The notes below the pieces were generated by a model. That model did not search any database and had not been told where the DNA came from. It saw only the letters and a list, made by a program, of their open reading frames with translations. Shown in pieces: positions 36,264 to 44,630 of a stretch of DNA of 64,000 nt. The DNA comes from a virus. Position numbers and translations under genes: made by a program. Numbering within the stretch: position 1 is the first letter of the stretch; each line of letters starts with the position of its first letter. The stretch lies in IMG/VR virus record IMGVR_UViG_3300045988_129445. One strand, given 5' to 3'.

Positions 36264-36533
36264 ATGAGAAAAGGAATTTTAATCGGTTGTATGGCAGTAA
36301 TTATGGGCTGTATGTTAGTAGGGTGTGATGCTCGCCCACATTACGCAGACGAAAATAACAATGATCAGATAACTGACTTTAATCAAATCAATGAGGTGCT
36401 ATGGTATGATTCAGCAACAAAGGTTGTTTATTATTATCCTCATGGTCGGTTTCTGTGTCCGTATATCAGTAAAGACGGGCAATACTGCCAGTATGAAGAT
36501 GGTAAAGTAGTTCCGTTAAAGAAAGAAGAATAA
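36264..36533 (+). CDS. lipoprotein (89 aa); start moved to ATG 36264
   Basis: GGAGGAGAATAATT ribosome-binding site; MRKGILIGCMAVIMGCMLVGC lipobox. Confidence 0.55.
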   Translation: MRKGILIGCMAVIMGCMLVGCDARPHYADENNNDQITDFNQINEVLWYDSATKVVYYYPHGRFLCPYISKDGQYCQYEDGKVVPLKKEE

Positions 36534-36535
36534 TT

Positions 36536-36730
36536 ATGAAAGTTTTATATAAAGGTAAGCCGTACAAAGTATATGGAATGCATACAAATTATAATTCAAC
36601 AGGTTGGGATCATGAAATTTATGCATATTTCTTGATTTTTACAAAAAAATACTGGCAGTGGATATCTACTGATGATTGTATACCATATAAAAAGAAGAAA
36701 TATAAACAGAAAGGAAACAAAAGGTATTAG
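36536..36730 (+). CDS. hypothetical small basic protein (64 aa)
   Basis: Track ORF; overlaps the next gene. Confidence 0.35.
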   Translation: MKVLYKGKPYKVYGMHTNYNSTGWDHEIYAYFLIFTKKYWQWISTDDCIPYKKKKYKQKGNKRY

Positions 36731-36830
36731 ATACAGATACGCACTTAGAGATGTTTCGCTATTTACACTTACGAATTGCGTTGATGATGAAGAAAAAATA
36801 ATATTTACAATTCAAGGGAGCGAGGCTGAT

Positions 36831-37151
36831 ATGAATTACAATCTAACATTCCCTGTCGTAGTTCTGAAAGATGAAAATGACTCAGTTCCATATATGGCAT
36901 ATATCCCATATTTTGATGTAATGACGCAGGGATATGATGAAGAAGAATTGCAGATGATGATCAAAGATTTGTTGAATCTCTGCTTAGAAGATAAGGAATC
37001 TTATACAATTCCTGCATGGGCATATAGTTATTTCAATGAAGACGATGTCAAGGAACGAGGCAGAAAATATTTCACTGAACTTGATGATGGAGACGATACA
37101 TATTTTCAGAAGAATTTTTACACAGTATGGTGGTTCGATTTTAGGAGATAG
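36831..37151 (+). CDS. solo HicB-like (UPF0150) domain protein (106 aa); start moved to ATG 36831
   Basis: FPVVVLKDENDSVPYMAYIPYFDVMTQGYDEEELQMMIKDLLNLCLED matches the HicB N-domain pattern; GGGAGCGAGGCTGAT ribosome-binding site. Confidence 0.45.
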   Translation: MNYNLTFPVVVLKDENDSVPYMAYIPYFDVMTQGYDEEELQMMIKDLLNLCLEDKESYTIPAWAYSYFNEDDVKERGRKYFTELDDGDDTYFQKNFYTVWWFDFRR

Positions 37152-37174
37152 TAGTAGAAAAGGAGAAAGATAAA

Positions 37175-37354
37175 ATGGACGTTTTGTTTTACATAATTTG
37201 GGTATTGGCGTTTATGGTGATCGTAGCAATTGGAATTGGAGTACCATATATGACTTATTACAATTACAAAAGAATTAAAGCAATGGATAAGAAACTTACA
37301 GGAATGTGTACGGGTCTTGGTATTATGTTAAGACCAGAAGAGGATAATGAATAA
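37175..37354 (+). CDS. small membrane protein (59 aa), below the track size cutoff
   Basis: AAAGGAGAAAGATAAA ribosome-binding site; MDVLFYIIWVLAFMVIVAIGIGVPYMTYYNYKRIKAMDKKLTGMCTGLGIMLRPEEDNE; stop overlaps the next start (TAATG). Confidence 0.4.
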   Translation: MDVLFYIIWVLAFMVIVAIGIGVPYMTYYNYKRIKAMDKKLTGMCTGLGIMLRPEEDNE

Positions 37355-37662
37355 TGAAAGATATGAGAAATAATCCCATTGAAAATGGAAATCTGTGTTT
37401 TAGATCAAGAATGGTAAATGGAGAAACATTGATTGGATATGCATTAGTTATCTCAAACAAGTTGTTTTGGAAAGACGGATGGAATAACTATATTTCTAGT
37501 CACGACAAACTTAATTCTAAGCAATTAATTGTCATCGAACACCTAAATGATGATGAAAAGAAAATGAGAAAAGAGTGGTTAAAGTTCATGGCAACAACAA
37601 AATCAAAAAAGGTTAAAGATGCAGACCGAGTAATTGTGAAAGACTTATTGAGTGAAATATGA
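37354..37662 (+). CDS. hypothetical protein (102 aa)
   Basis: Track ORF, translationally coupled to the upstream small gene. Confidence 0.5.
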   Translation: MKDMRNNPIENGNLCFRSRMVNGETLIGYALVISNKLFWKDGWNNYISSHDKLNSKQLIVIEHLNDDEKKMRKEWLKFMATTKSKKVKDADRVIVKDLLSEI

Positions 37663-37677
37663 GGTGTAAGATATTAA

Positions 37678-37854
37678 ATGAGAAGATTAATTTGGTATAT
37701 CAGGTCTTGTTTCTGTAAACATGATTGGGAACAGATATTTAATTCAGATATATATTGAAGTGAGAAATCAACTAAGCCTTATAAATGTGAAAAGGTTTAT
37801 CGGTGTAAGAAATGTGGCTGTGAGAAAAGATATACGACTGAGGGTAAAATCTGA
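37678..37854 (+). pseudogene. Zn-ribbon-like small ORF interrupted by one in-frame TGA (at 37756-37758); pseudogene or recoded stop
   Basis: MRRLIWYIRSCFCKHDWEQIFNSDIY-TGA-SEKSTKPYKCEKVYRCKKCGCEKRYTTEGKI in one frame; the cysteine pairs lie on both sides of the TGA. Confidence 0.3.
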
Positions 37855-37880
37855 GTTTTATGTAAAGTGAGGTGATTAAC

Positions 37881-38192
37881 ATGGAAGCCAATATTGAGTT
37901 TGCCATTGGCTATGCCATTGGGTTTTGTATCGTTGGGGCGATCGTATTTCTAAGACATGAAAGAAAGATGGATCGCCTGAGGCAGACAAATGTAAATCTG
38001 ATCTTAGCTAAGATGTCGTTTATGGCTGATGCTAACAACAAAGAAAATGATACATGTAATAAGGAAGAAACTCGTTCAGATGTTAAGGACGCAGTGAAGT
38101 ATGCAATGAAGAAAAGTCATCCAGATAATGGTGGCAGTGCAGATGATTTTAGAAAATTTAGAGAGCTTTATGAAGAAATGGAAGGTAAGTAA
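37881..38192 (+). CDS. hypothetical protein with N-terminal transmembrane helix (103 aa); start moved to ATG 37881
   Basis: GAGGTGATTAAC ribosome-binding site; FAIGYAIGFCIVGAIVFL. Confidence 0.45.
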   Translation: MEANIEFAIGYAIGFCIVGAIVFLRHERKMDRLRQTNVNLILAKMSFMADANNKENDTCNKEETRSDVKDAVKYAMKKSHPDNGGSADDFRKFRELYEEMEGK

Positions 38193-38474
38193 ATGCTAAA
38201 GGTCGGAGATAGAGTTTATATTTATAGAATGAAGCCAGCGGCTAAAGGAGGTTTGGTTAGAAATAACGACAAAGGTACAATTACTCGCATCGGAACAGAT
38301 GAGATTGGTCGCAGATATGGGTATAGATATATGACCGTTAAATTTGACAAACCAGTAAATACCTCTAATCGTGATATTTACTCTTTAGAATTTTTTGAAA
38401 ACAAGGATGATCGTAAGATAGGTAGAATACGAGATATTGGATTCTTACTATATGGTAGAAAATGTGAGGAATAA
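38193..38474 (+). CDS. hypothetical protein (93 aa)
   Basis: Overlaps the upstream stop (TAAATG). Confidence 0.5.
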   Translation: MLKVGDRVYIYRMKPAAKGGLVRNNDKGTITRIGTDEIGRRYGYRYMTVKFDKPVNTSNRDIYSLEFFENKDDRKIGRIRDIGFLLYGRKCEE

Positions 38475-38479
38475 GACTC

Positions 38480-38665
38480 ATGAGTAAACAAGAATCATTG
38501 AAGTTTTTGCAAGGTTTGATTGACGAAGTAGAAAATTGGACAAAAGAAGATATTGAGCGAGGTCGGAAGTTGATGGAGAAAATATATAAAGAAGAACCAA
38601 AAGAAGTTGAAAATAGTGATGGGTATTGGGAATTTATAATGCCAGATGGCAAGGTAGTGAAGTAG
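38480..38665 (+). CDS. hypothetical protein (61 aa)
   Basis: Track ORF. Confidence 0.45.
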   Translation: MSKQESLKFLQGLIDEVENWTKEDIERGRKLMEKIYKEEPKEVENSDGYWEFIMPDGKVVK

Positions 38666-38872
38666 ATATGGCTAAGAAACAAAATAAAAATTTTAAAATA
38701 TTTGGTGTGTTTTTGGGAATATAAAAATATTCTGCTCAAATAGTTTTTGAGTACGTCAAAAGTGAGATTTGTTATAGCACTCACTAAAATCTATGTTATT
38801 TTGTCGGATTTATGTTATTTGGGGGTTTGACAACTATTAAAAATAACAGAACTAAAGGAATTTAAACAAAAA

Positions 38873-39040
38873 ATGAAATCGAGACAACAACGAAAACAAG
38901 AGATAAAACGATTCTTTGATCGGCTGAGTCCTGAGGAATTGGACAAGCTATTAGAAAGAAATGGAATTAATGATAAAGAGTCTAATGAGGCTATTTCATA
39001 TAGAACTATAAAAGAAGAAATTGAGAAAGGAGAGATATAA
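38873..39040 (+). CDS. small hypothetical protein (55 aa), below the track size cutoff
   Basis: MKSRQQRKQEIKRFFDRLSPEELDKLLERNGINDKESNEAISYRTIKEEIEKGEI; a TTGACA sits 40 nt upstream. Confidence 0.3.
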   Translation: MKSRQQRKQEIKRFFDRLSPEELDKLLERNGINDKESNEAISYRTIKEEIEKGEI

Positions 39041-39041
39041 T

Positions 39042-39350
39042 ATGGCACATAACTTGTATATTGAAACACAATCAGAATATACAGGATGTAGTCCACAGCT
39101 GGAGGTATTAAATGTAAGAGATTGCAAACATATCATTGCATCATTAGATCATTATCCACCGACGGCAGACGAAGTTAAGAAAGCAATTTGTATTTTGACG
39201 GGACGATTGATCTACAGAAGCGTTTGGATTATGGAATCTGATATTGATAGTTTAAATATGAGTTTATCCCCGCCAAAAGAAATGACGATTGAAGAAATCG
39301 AAAAAGAACTCGGTCATAAAGTAAAAATTGTAGAGGAGAAAGAAAAATGA
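39042..39350 (+). CDS. hypothetical protein (102 aa); start moved to ATG 39042
   Basis: AAAGGAGAGATATAAT then ATG. Confidence 0.5.
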   Translation: MAHNLYIETQSEYTGCSPQLEVLNVRDCKHIIASLDHYPPTADEVKKAICILTGRLIYRSVWIMESDIDSLNMSLSPPKEMTIEEIEKELGHKVKIVEEKEK

Positions 39351-39760
39351 AAGTATTTTTAGGAGGAACATGCTCTGGCTGGAAATGGAGAGATCAGTTA
39401 CAAAAGATGTTAGATTGTGATTATTATAATCCGATCGTAAAAAATTGGAGTGAAGAAGACCGACTGCGAGAAGTTAAGGAAAGAGAAGAGTCCGATTATG
39501 TTCTGTATGGTATTACGAATGGTATTAAAGGAGTATACAGTATTGCAGAAGTAGTTGATGATTCTCATAAGAGACCAGATAAAGTGATCTTTCTTAATCT
39601 CTATCAGGAACAAAAGAATAAAGAATCTAAGCAGATGAGCCACAGTTTAAAAGCAGTCGAAAATTTATTGAAAGAAAATCGTATTAAAGTATATTCTGGT
39701 GTGCATGCTATGCAGGATGTTGCAGATTTTCTTAATTTAATGAATAAACGAAAGGGGTAA
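39347..39760 (+). CDS. small protein with possible nucleoside 2-deoxyribosyltransferase-like fold (137 aa)
   Basis: N-terminal MKVFLGGTCSGWKW resembles the NDT-fold N-terminus (KIYLAGP); weak call. Confidence 0.3.
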   Translation: MKVFLGGTCSGWKWRDQLQKMLDCDYYNPIVKNWSEEDRLREVKEREESDYVLYGITNGIKGVYSIAEVVDDSHKRPDKVIFLNLYQEQKNKESKQMSHSLKAVENLLKENRIKVYSGVHAMQDVADFLNLMNKRKG

Positions 39761-39766
39761 AGAAGA

Positions 39767-40720
39767 ATGAAATGTTTTTATCACGTTGATCAAGACGGGA
39801 TTGTGTCTGGGTTTTACGTTAGAAAAGCTTGCGAACAGCGAGGTTTAGCATTTGAACCAGAGGACTTCCGAAAAATTAATTACGGCATGAAATTCCCGTT
39901 TCATGACATTGAGCAGGATGAATTTGTGTTTATTGTAGACTACAGTATTGAGCCAGAAGAGATGTGGCAGTTGCTCAGTATTACAAAGAATGTATTTTGG
40001 ATCGACCATCATCAGTCTACGATTGAAGCGTATAAAGATTTCAAGTGTGATGTAAAAGGAATCAGAATTACTGGAGCGGGTATTTCAGGAGCGAATTTGA
40101 CATGGTTATATTTTAAATATATGTGTGATGAAAATTGGGAGCAAATTGAGAGGACGGATGAGAAAAATGTAAAAAGATTACTCAATATATATAAATATAA
40201 AGCAGATTATCCAAAACTGGCAGAATATACAGCCATGTGGGATACATTTTATTTTGGTGAAACGTCAAAACAATTCGTAAAAGCATTTCACTATGCATTT
40301 GAATCGTATGATTTTGATGCGTTAAGTCCATTGCTAAACACGTTAAATAAAGATCAAGGAATTTATGAAGCAGCAAAAATTATTGGTGATATGATAGCAG
40401 ATGGCTTATCAATTATTGAGTATTTAGCAGCAAATGCAGAACAATATCTTAGAGCATATGGTTTTGAAACCATATTTGAGGGACATAAAGTCTATGCAAT
40501 CAACAGAGCGTTAATCAATTCTGATTTCTTCGAATCTATTGATGCTTCTAAATACGATATGTTTATCGGTTTTTCATTCAATGGAAGTATGTGGGAATAT
40601 CAGCTACGATCCGCAGAACAAGATAAAGTAAATGTGTATGAGCTTGCTGTGAAATATGGTGGTGGCGGTCATCCAAATGCAGCTGGGTTCAGATGTGATA
40701 AATATGTATTAGGAGTGTGA
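39767..40720 (+). CDS. DHH-DHHA1 phosphoesterase (NrnA-like nanoRNase / pAp phosphatase family), 317 aa
   Basis: DHH motif I HVDQDGIVSG, motif III WIDHHQS, DHHA1 motif KYGGGGHPNAAGF. Confidence 0.7.
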   Translation: MKCFYHVDQDGIVSGFYVRKACEQRGLAFEPEDFRKINYGMKFPFHDIEQDEFVFIVDYSIEPEEMWQLLSITKNVFWIDHHQSTIEAYKDFKCDVKGIRITGAGISGANLTWLYFKYMCDENWEQIERTDEKNVKRLLNIYKYKADYPKLAEYTAMWDTFYFGETSKQFVKAFHYAFESYDFDALSPLLNTLNKDQGIYEAAKIIGDMIADGLSIIEYLAANAEQYLRAYGFETIFEGHKVYAINRALINSDFFESIDASKYDMFIGFSFNGSMWEYQLRSAEQDKVNVYELAVKYGGGGHPNAAGFRCDKYVLGV

Positions 40721-40723
40721 TGT

Positions 40724-41527
40724 ATGTCAAGGAAAAATACAAGAGAAATTGAACTTGCTTTTAGTAAAAACAGAGATCCAGATTGGGAAGCCGATGTGGA
40801 AATTTATAGAAGAAGAAAGTTCGAAGTAGTGCGTGGTATTTGTCTGGGAGATGAGTTTGCTGAAATTGAGTCTTTAGAATACAAAAATTGTGACGAGTTA
40901 GATGAAATGTATTATCGTTTTGATTATAATTTAAAAATACTTATGAAGTCTTATTTGTATGAATATACAGATTATGTGCCAATCGAAACAATGCATATTA
41001 CATCTCCTGCAATATTGTGTTGTGATGAAATTGTATTAAAAAACGGTGAGAAAATTTCTATTGATAACATATGTATTGATAAATCAAATGGCAATGAAGT
41101 TTATAAATTATATTCTAATAGTACATATACAGATGATGTATATTATGAATCTACTAAAGCATTAGTTTATGAATTGGCTAGTAAAGATGTTTGCAAGGCT
41201 ATACATATAATGAAAGATATGATGGACAAAGCGTATATAAAAGCAAGAAATGAACGAAGCATACATCCTTTTATTAGCCACTTGTTTAACGACCCTCCAA
41301 TTCCATGTATTAAAAATAAATATTCTATACATGATTTAGTAATGGGTACATTAAAATGCAGTGGTGATATTTATAAAGAAATAAACAAAGAAGTCCCAAA
41401 TGCTATAGATATGATTGTGCCTCATCCTGGAAGACATGCAGAGTATTATTTTGGGTTAGATTATACAGATGAAGTAGAGCAATTTATTAAAGAACAGGAG
41501 GCTAAGAAATGTGAAGAAACTAAATGA
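40724..41527 (+). CDS. hypothetical protein (267 aa)
   Basis: GGAGTGTGATGTATG context. Confidence 0.5.
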   Translation: MSRKNTREIELAFSKNRDPDWEADVEIYRRRKFEVVRGICLGDEFAEIESLEYKNCDELDEMYYRFDYNLKILMKSYLYEYTDYVPIETMHITSPAILCCDEIVLKNGEKISIDNICIDKSNGNEVYKLYSNSTYTDDVYYESTKALVYELASKDVCKAIHIMKDMMDKAYIKARNERSIHPFISHLFNDPPIPCIKNKYSIHDLVMGTLKCSGDIYKEINKEVPNAIDMIVPHPGRHAEYYFGLDYTDEVEQFIKEQEAKKCEETK

Positions 41528-42062
41528 TGAACAGCGAAAGCTGATTGAAGATAATTATTCTTTGATTTGGCATTTGCATGAGAAGTATTTTACAAAATTT
41601 AAAGATTTTGATACATATATGGATCTTGGTCGTATGGCAATTTGCAAAGCAGCATTAAAATGGGATGAGTCTAAAGGTAATTTTGGGACGTATTTTAGAT
41701 GGGTATTACAGTCAGAAATTAATAAATATTATATAAAATGGCATAGCCCAACAGAGAAAATGAACAGAAATGCGGAATCATTGGATGCACCTGTTGACGA
41801 AAGAGTTGACGCAGAAGAATTAACAATTGGTAGTTTGCTTGTGAGTAACGATGACATAGAGAGTCAAGCATTAACAACAGTATATTATCAAGGAGAATTT
41901 AACAAATTGTCAGACAAGCAGAAGAAAATTATATATATGTTACTTGATGATATTGAACATAAATACATAGCCAAAGAATTTGGAAAGAGTATTCAATGGG
42001 TAAGTTGGCAACTTGGTAATATTAAAAAAATAATGCATAGGGCAAAGGCGGTGAGATCATGA
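41511..42062 (+). CDS. sigma-70-family sigma factor, small TcdR/UviA-like type (183 aa, GTG start)
   Basis: Region 2: DLGRMAICKAALKWDESKGNFGTYFRWVLQSEINKY; region 4 HTH: YIAKEFGKSIQWVSWQLGNIKKIM; AGGAGG ribosome-binding site. Confidence 0.75.
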   Translation: MKKLNDEQRKLIEDNYSLIWHLHEKYFTKFKDFDTYMDLGRMAICKAALKWDESKGNFGTYFRWVLQSEINKYYIKWHSPTEKMNRNAESLDAPVDERVDAEELTIGSLLVSNDDIESQALTTVYYQGEFNKLSDKQKKIIYMLLDDIEHKYIAKEFGKSIQWVSWQLGNIKKIMHRAKAVRS

Positions 42063-42880
42063 CAATTGAAGAAGTGAAAGATTACATAAACTCGTCTACA
42101 GAGTATGATTTTTTGCGAGATTATCCTCATAAAATCGCTTTTCTCACACTAGGTGGAAGTTATGCTTACGGAACAAATACAGAGGATTCTGACATTGATT
42201 TACGTGGTGTTTTCCTTAGTGATAAAAGAGAGATTTTGTTGAATAATAATCAGAACAATCTTGAGAAGACCGATGATCATAAAGACATTGATACCGTGTT
42301 ACATTCGCATATTAAGATGGTTAATATGCTTGCTAAGGGCAATCCTACATTTTTAGAGTTGCTATACTTTGCACCAGACCGCTATTTGTATGTATCCGAT
42401 ATTGGTATGGAGTTGATCAAAAATAGAGATATGTTCTTATCTAAGAGAGTTTGTCATGCATATAAAGGATATATTTGTGATTGCCTAGAACAAGCATACG
42501 TGAGATGTTCTAAATCAGACGACATTCAAAAGAAAACAAAATTTGCCAATAAATCAATGATGCATGCTGTTCGTTTGTTGCTCCAAGTGATTCAATTACT
42601 ACAATGTGGAACTATGTGTGGAACAATTGAAGAAATAGGAAAAGACCTTATAGATATTAAGATGGGGTACAATACTTTGTGTGAAAAGAGACATCTTCCA
42701 GATGGCACTGAATGTACGGATTATCGTCCAAACGAATCTTATAATGTGTTTACTAACAGACTATTGTCTGAATTTGAGTATGGGTACAAACATACAACCT
42801 TGCCAGACGAACCAGACTGGGATCGTATCAATAACTTCTTGATGACAACAAATGAACGAATTGTGAGAGGAATGGTGTAA
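42059..42880 (+). CDS. Pol-beta-superfamily nucleotidyltransferase with C-terminal helical domain (273 aa)
   Basis: LTLGGSYAYGTNTEDSDIDLRGVF is the GS-x9-13-DxD nucleotidyltransferase signature; start overlaps the sigma-gene stop. Confidence 0.65.
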   Translation: MTIEEVKDYINSSTEYDFLRDYPHKIAFLTLGGSYAYGTNTEDSDIDLRGVFLSDKREILLNNNQNNLEKTDDHKDIDTVLHSHIKMVNMLAKGNPTFLELLYFAPDRYLYVSDIGMELIKNRDMFLSKRVCHAYKGYICDCLEQAYVRCSKSDDIQKKTKFANKSMMHAVRLLLQVIQLLQCGTMCGTIEEIGKDLIDIKMGYNTLCEKRHLPDGTECTDYRPNESYNVFTNRLLSEFEYGYKHTTLPDEPDWDRINNFLMTTNERIVRGMV

Positions 42881-42882
42881 AA

Positions 42883-43152
42883 ATGTATGTAAAGATTGGA
42901 GACGAAATTGCTTTTCATCCTGGCGAATGCTTAGAAGAATTTGTTGAATCTTGCAGGATGACTCCTTATCAGCTTGCGAGTAAAATTGGCATGGATGTTG
43001 ATTATGTTCAAGGGTTGATTGACGGATCACAAAGTGTCACAAAAGAATTTGCAAAATCAATGGCAGATCATTATGGGTTCTCTGACGATGGACAGTTTTG
43101 GTTAAACTTGCAAGAAACATTTGATAAAAAAGTAGGTGGCATAGATGTTTAA
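42883..43152 (+). CDS. HigA-family XRE-type antitoxin-like HTH protein (89 aa)
   Basis: IAFHPGECLEEFVE...TPYQLASKIGMDVDYVQGLIDGSQSVTKEFAKSMADHYGFSDDGQFWLNLQETFD closely follows the HigA pattern (IHPGEIL-EEFLEP...LA--LGVS---I--II-G-R-IT---ALRLA--FG-S--FWLNLQ). Confidence 0.65.
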   Translation: MYVKIGDEIAFHPGECLEEFVESCRMTPYQLASKIGMDVDYVQGLIDGSQSVTKEFAKSMADHYGFSDDGQFWLNLQETFDKKVGGIDV

Positions 43153-43678
43153 ATTAATAAAACGCCCACGTTCTGATAACGATCAATATACTAAATATGA
43201 TGTTGTGCTTGATAAAGAATATACTGTAGAAGAATTTATTGATGCGATTGCAGATGGAAGAAATGGAACGCATGGTCAAATTACAATAAAAAATGATAAA
43301 CAAGCCATTGAATCATTTGGCTATAATATCGAGAGTATTAATTATAGACATTGTAGACTTCAAAATGCTGAAGAAAAAATTAAACAAGTATGGGCAGATG
43401 GTAGCTGGGTAAAAATCAATTATACTATCTTACTTGAAAACAAACAGGAAACACAAAAAGGTGCGCTCAGATTTATTGTTAAGAAGCCAAATGGGGAAGA
43501 ATCAGTGGTGGTTATTTTTAAGAACAAATCCGATGGCACATATTCATTTGTTAATTTGACAAAAGAGCATATTTGTTCATGTAAATTTAAAACAATTGAG
43601 GAAGCCATTCAGGATATGAATGATCGCTTAAGAAAAGGATTGATTGAGTCCTATATTGTGAAAGGAGAAAGAAAATAA
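43145..43678 (+). CDS. hypothetical protein (177 aa)
   Basis: Overlapping start (ATAGATG). Confidence 0.5.
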   Translation: MFKLIKRPRSDNDQYTKYDVVLDKEYTVEEFIDAIADGRNGTHGQITIKNDKQAIESFGYNIESINYRHCRLQNAEEKIKQVWADGSWVKINYTILLENKQETQKGALRFIVKKPNGEESVVVIFKNKSDGTYSFVNLTKEHICSCKFKTIEEAIQDMNDRLRKGLIESYIVKGERK

Positions 43679-44016
43679 TGGATATACATATTGGAGATTT
43701 TTGTCAGAACAAATGTAATCCAAAAGTAATTCAACATGTAGTTAATTTTTCATTTAGAATGGGTGGATTTCCAAGTAGTAAAGATATGCTACTGATCTGT
43801 GAAGAATTTCATTGTACAAAGATAGGTGAGGATTCTGCCTCTGTTAAAGAAGATTCCAGATTCTTCACACATATTACAGTGGATAATTTTAAAAAGATGA
43901 ATCAATGTATCCTCAGTGCAGAAAGAATTATGAAAGACACTCAGACATTTAAGACAGACAAAGATATTTTGGATTATTTAACGAAGAAAGTCGAGGAGAA
44001 ATTGAATGCAAAATAA
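43678..44016 (+). CDS. hypothetical protein (112 aa)
   Basis: TAATGG overlap with the upstream gene. Confidence 0.5.
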   Translation: MDIHIGDFCQNKCNPKVIQHVVNFSFRMGGFPSSKDMLLICEEFHCTKIGEDSASVKEDSRFFTHITVDNFKKMNQCILSAERIMKDTQTFKTDKDILDYLTKKVEEKLNAK

Positions 44017-44488
44017 TATATTTCAGATTTATTTGGCTGGCGGTATGCAGGATTTATCATTTGAAGAACAGAATGAGTGGAGAGAAGAAATTTGTAGGTG
44101 TATCAATAGTCGCTGCGAGAAATCATTAGTTGATGTAAAACCAGTTAACATTATCAATCCAGTAGATTATTACAATTTTGAAAATGACAAAGCTGAGACA
44201 GAAAAAGAAGTTATGAGATTTGATACTCGGCTTGTTAAGAATAGCGATTTGATTATTGTGTACGCAAACGATCCAAAGAGCATTGGCACATCTATGGAAA
44301 TTGCTATTGCCCATGAGAATAATATTCCAGTATTAATTTTAAACGATGGGAACGAAAAACTTCATTCTTGGTGGATTGAGATGTCTGATAGGGTGTTTAG
44401 TGAATATATTGGTCTGTGCCTATACGTTGTAGATTTTTACTTGGAGATGAAGCACTATAGCGCAAAATATAACGTGACAATAAAATAG
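44006..44488 (+). CDS. nucleoside 2-deoxyribosyltransferase (NDT/Rcl-DNPH1) family protein (160 aa)
   Basis: IYLAGGM N-terminus; SIGTSMEIAIAHENNIPVLIL aligns with the NDT catalytic-Glu region GLGMELGYA...KPV. Confidence 0.55.
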   Translation: MQNNIFQIYLAGGMQDLSFEEQNEWREEICRCINSRCEKSLVDVKPVNIINPVDYYNFENDKAETEKEVMRFDTRLVKNSDLIIVYANDPKSIGTSMEIAIAHENNIPVLILNDGNEKLHSWWIEMSDRVFSEYIGLCLYVVDFYLEMKHYSAKYNVTIK

Positions 44489-44630
44489 GAATTTGAGGCA
44501 AAATGAAAGGAGTTGAATCACTATCACGGCAGAGAAACAAGGCAAGTTTATTATTTTCCATCTGGATGATGGTAAAACTTGTAAATATGATTTATCAAAT
44601 GGTGATTGCTATGGCAAAAGTGGTAAGAAA

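Noticed and set aside
36536-36730. 64-aa protein upstream of the solo HicB-like gene as its HicA partner
   Set aside because: Its sequence lacks the HicA G-S-H core and is K/Y-rich, so the HicB-like protein is regarded as a solo domain.
38365-38784. 139-aa minus-strand ORF, and the many other 60-120-aa minus-strand track ORFs (for example 616-798, 1510-1764, 15308-15676, 15996-16406, 31823-32086, 32150-32440, 32726-33085)
   Set aside because: All lie antisense inside well-supported + strand genes. They have low-complexity or hydrophobic composition typical of AT-rich antisense frames, and they lack ribosome-binding sites. Only the XRE gene (33787-33990) is accepted on the minus strand.
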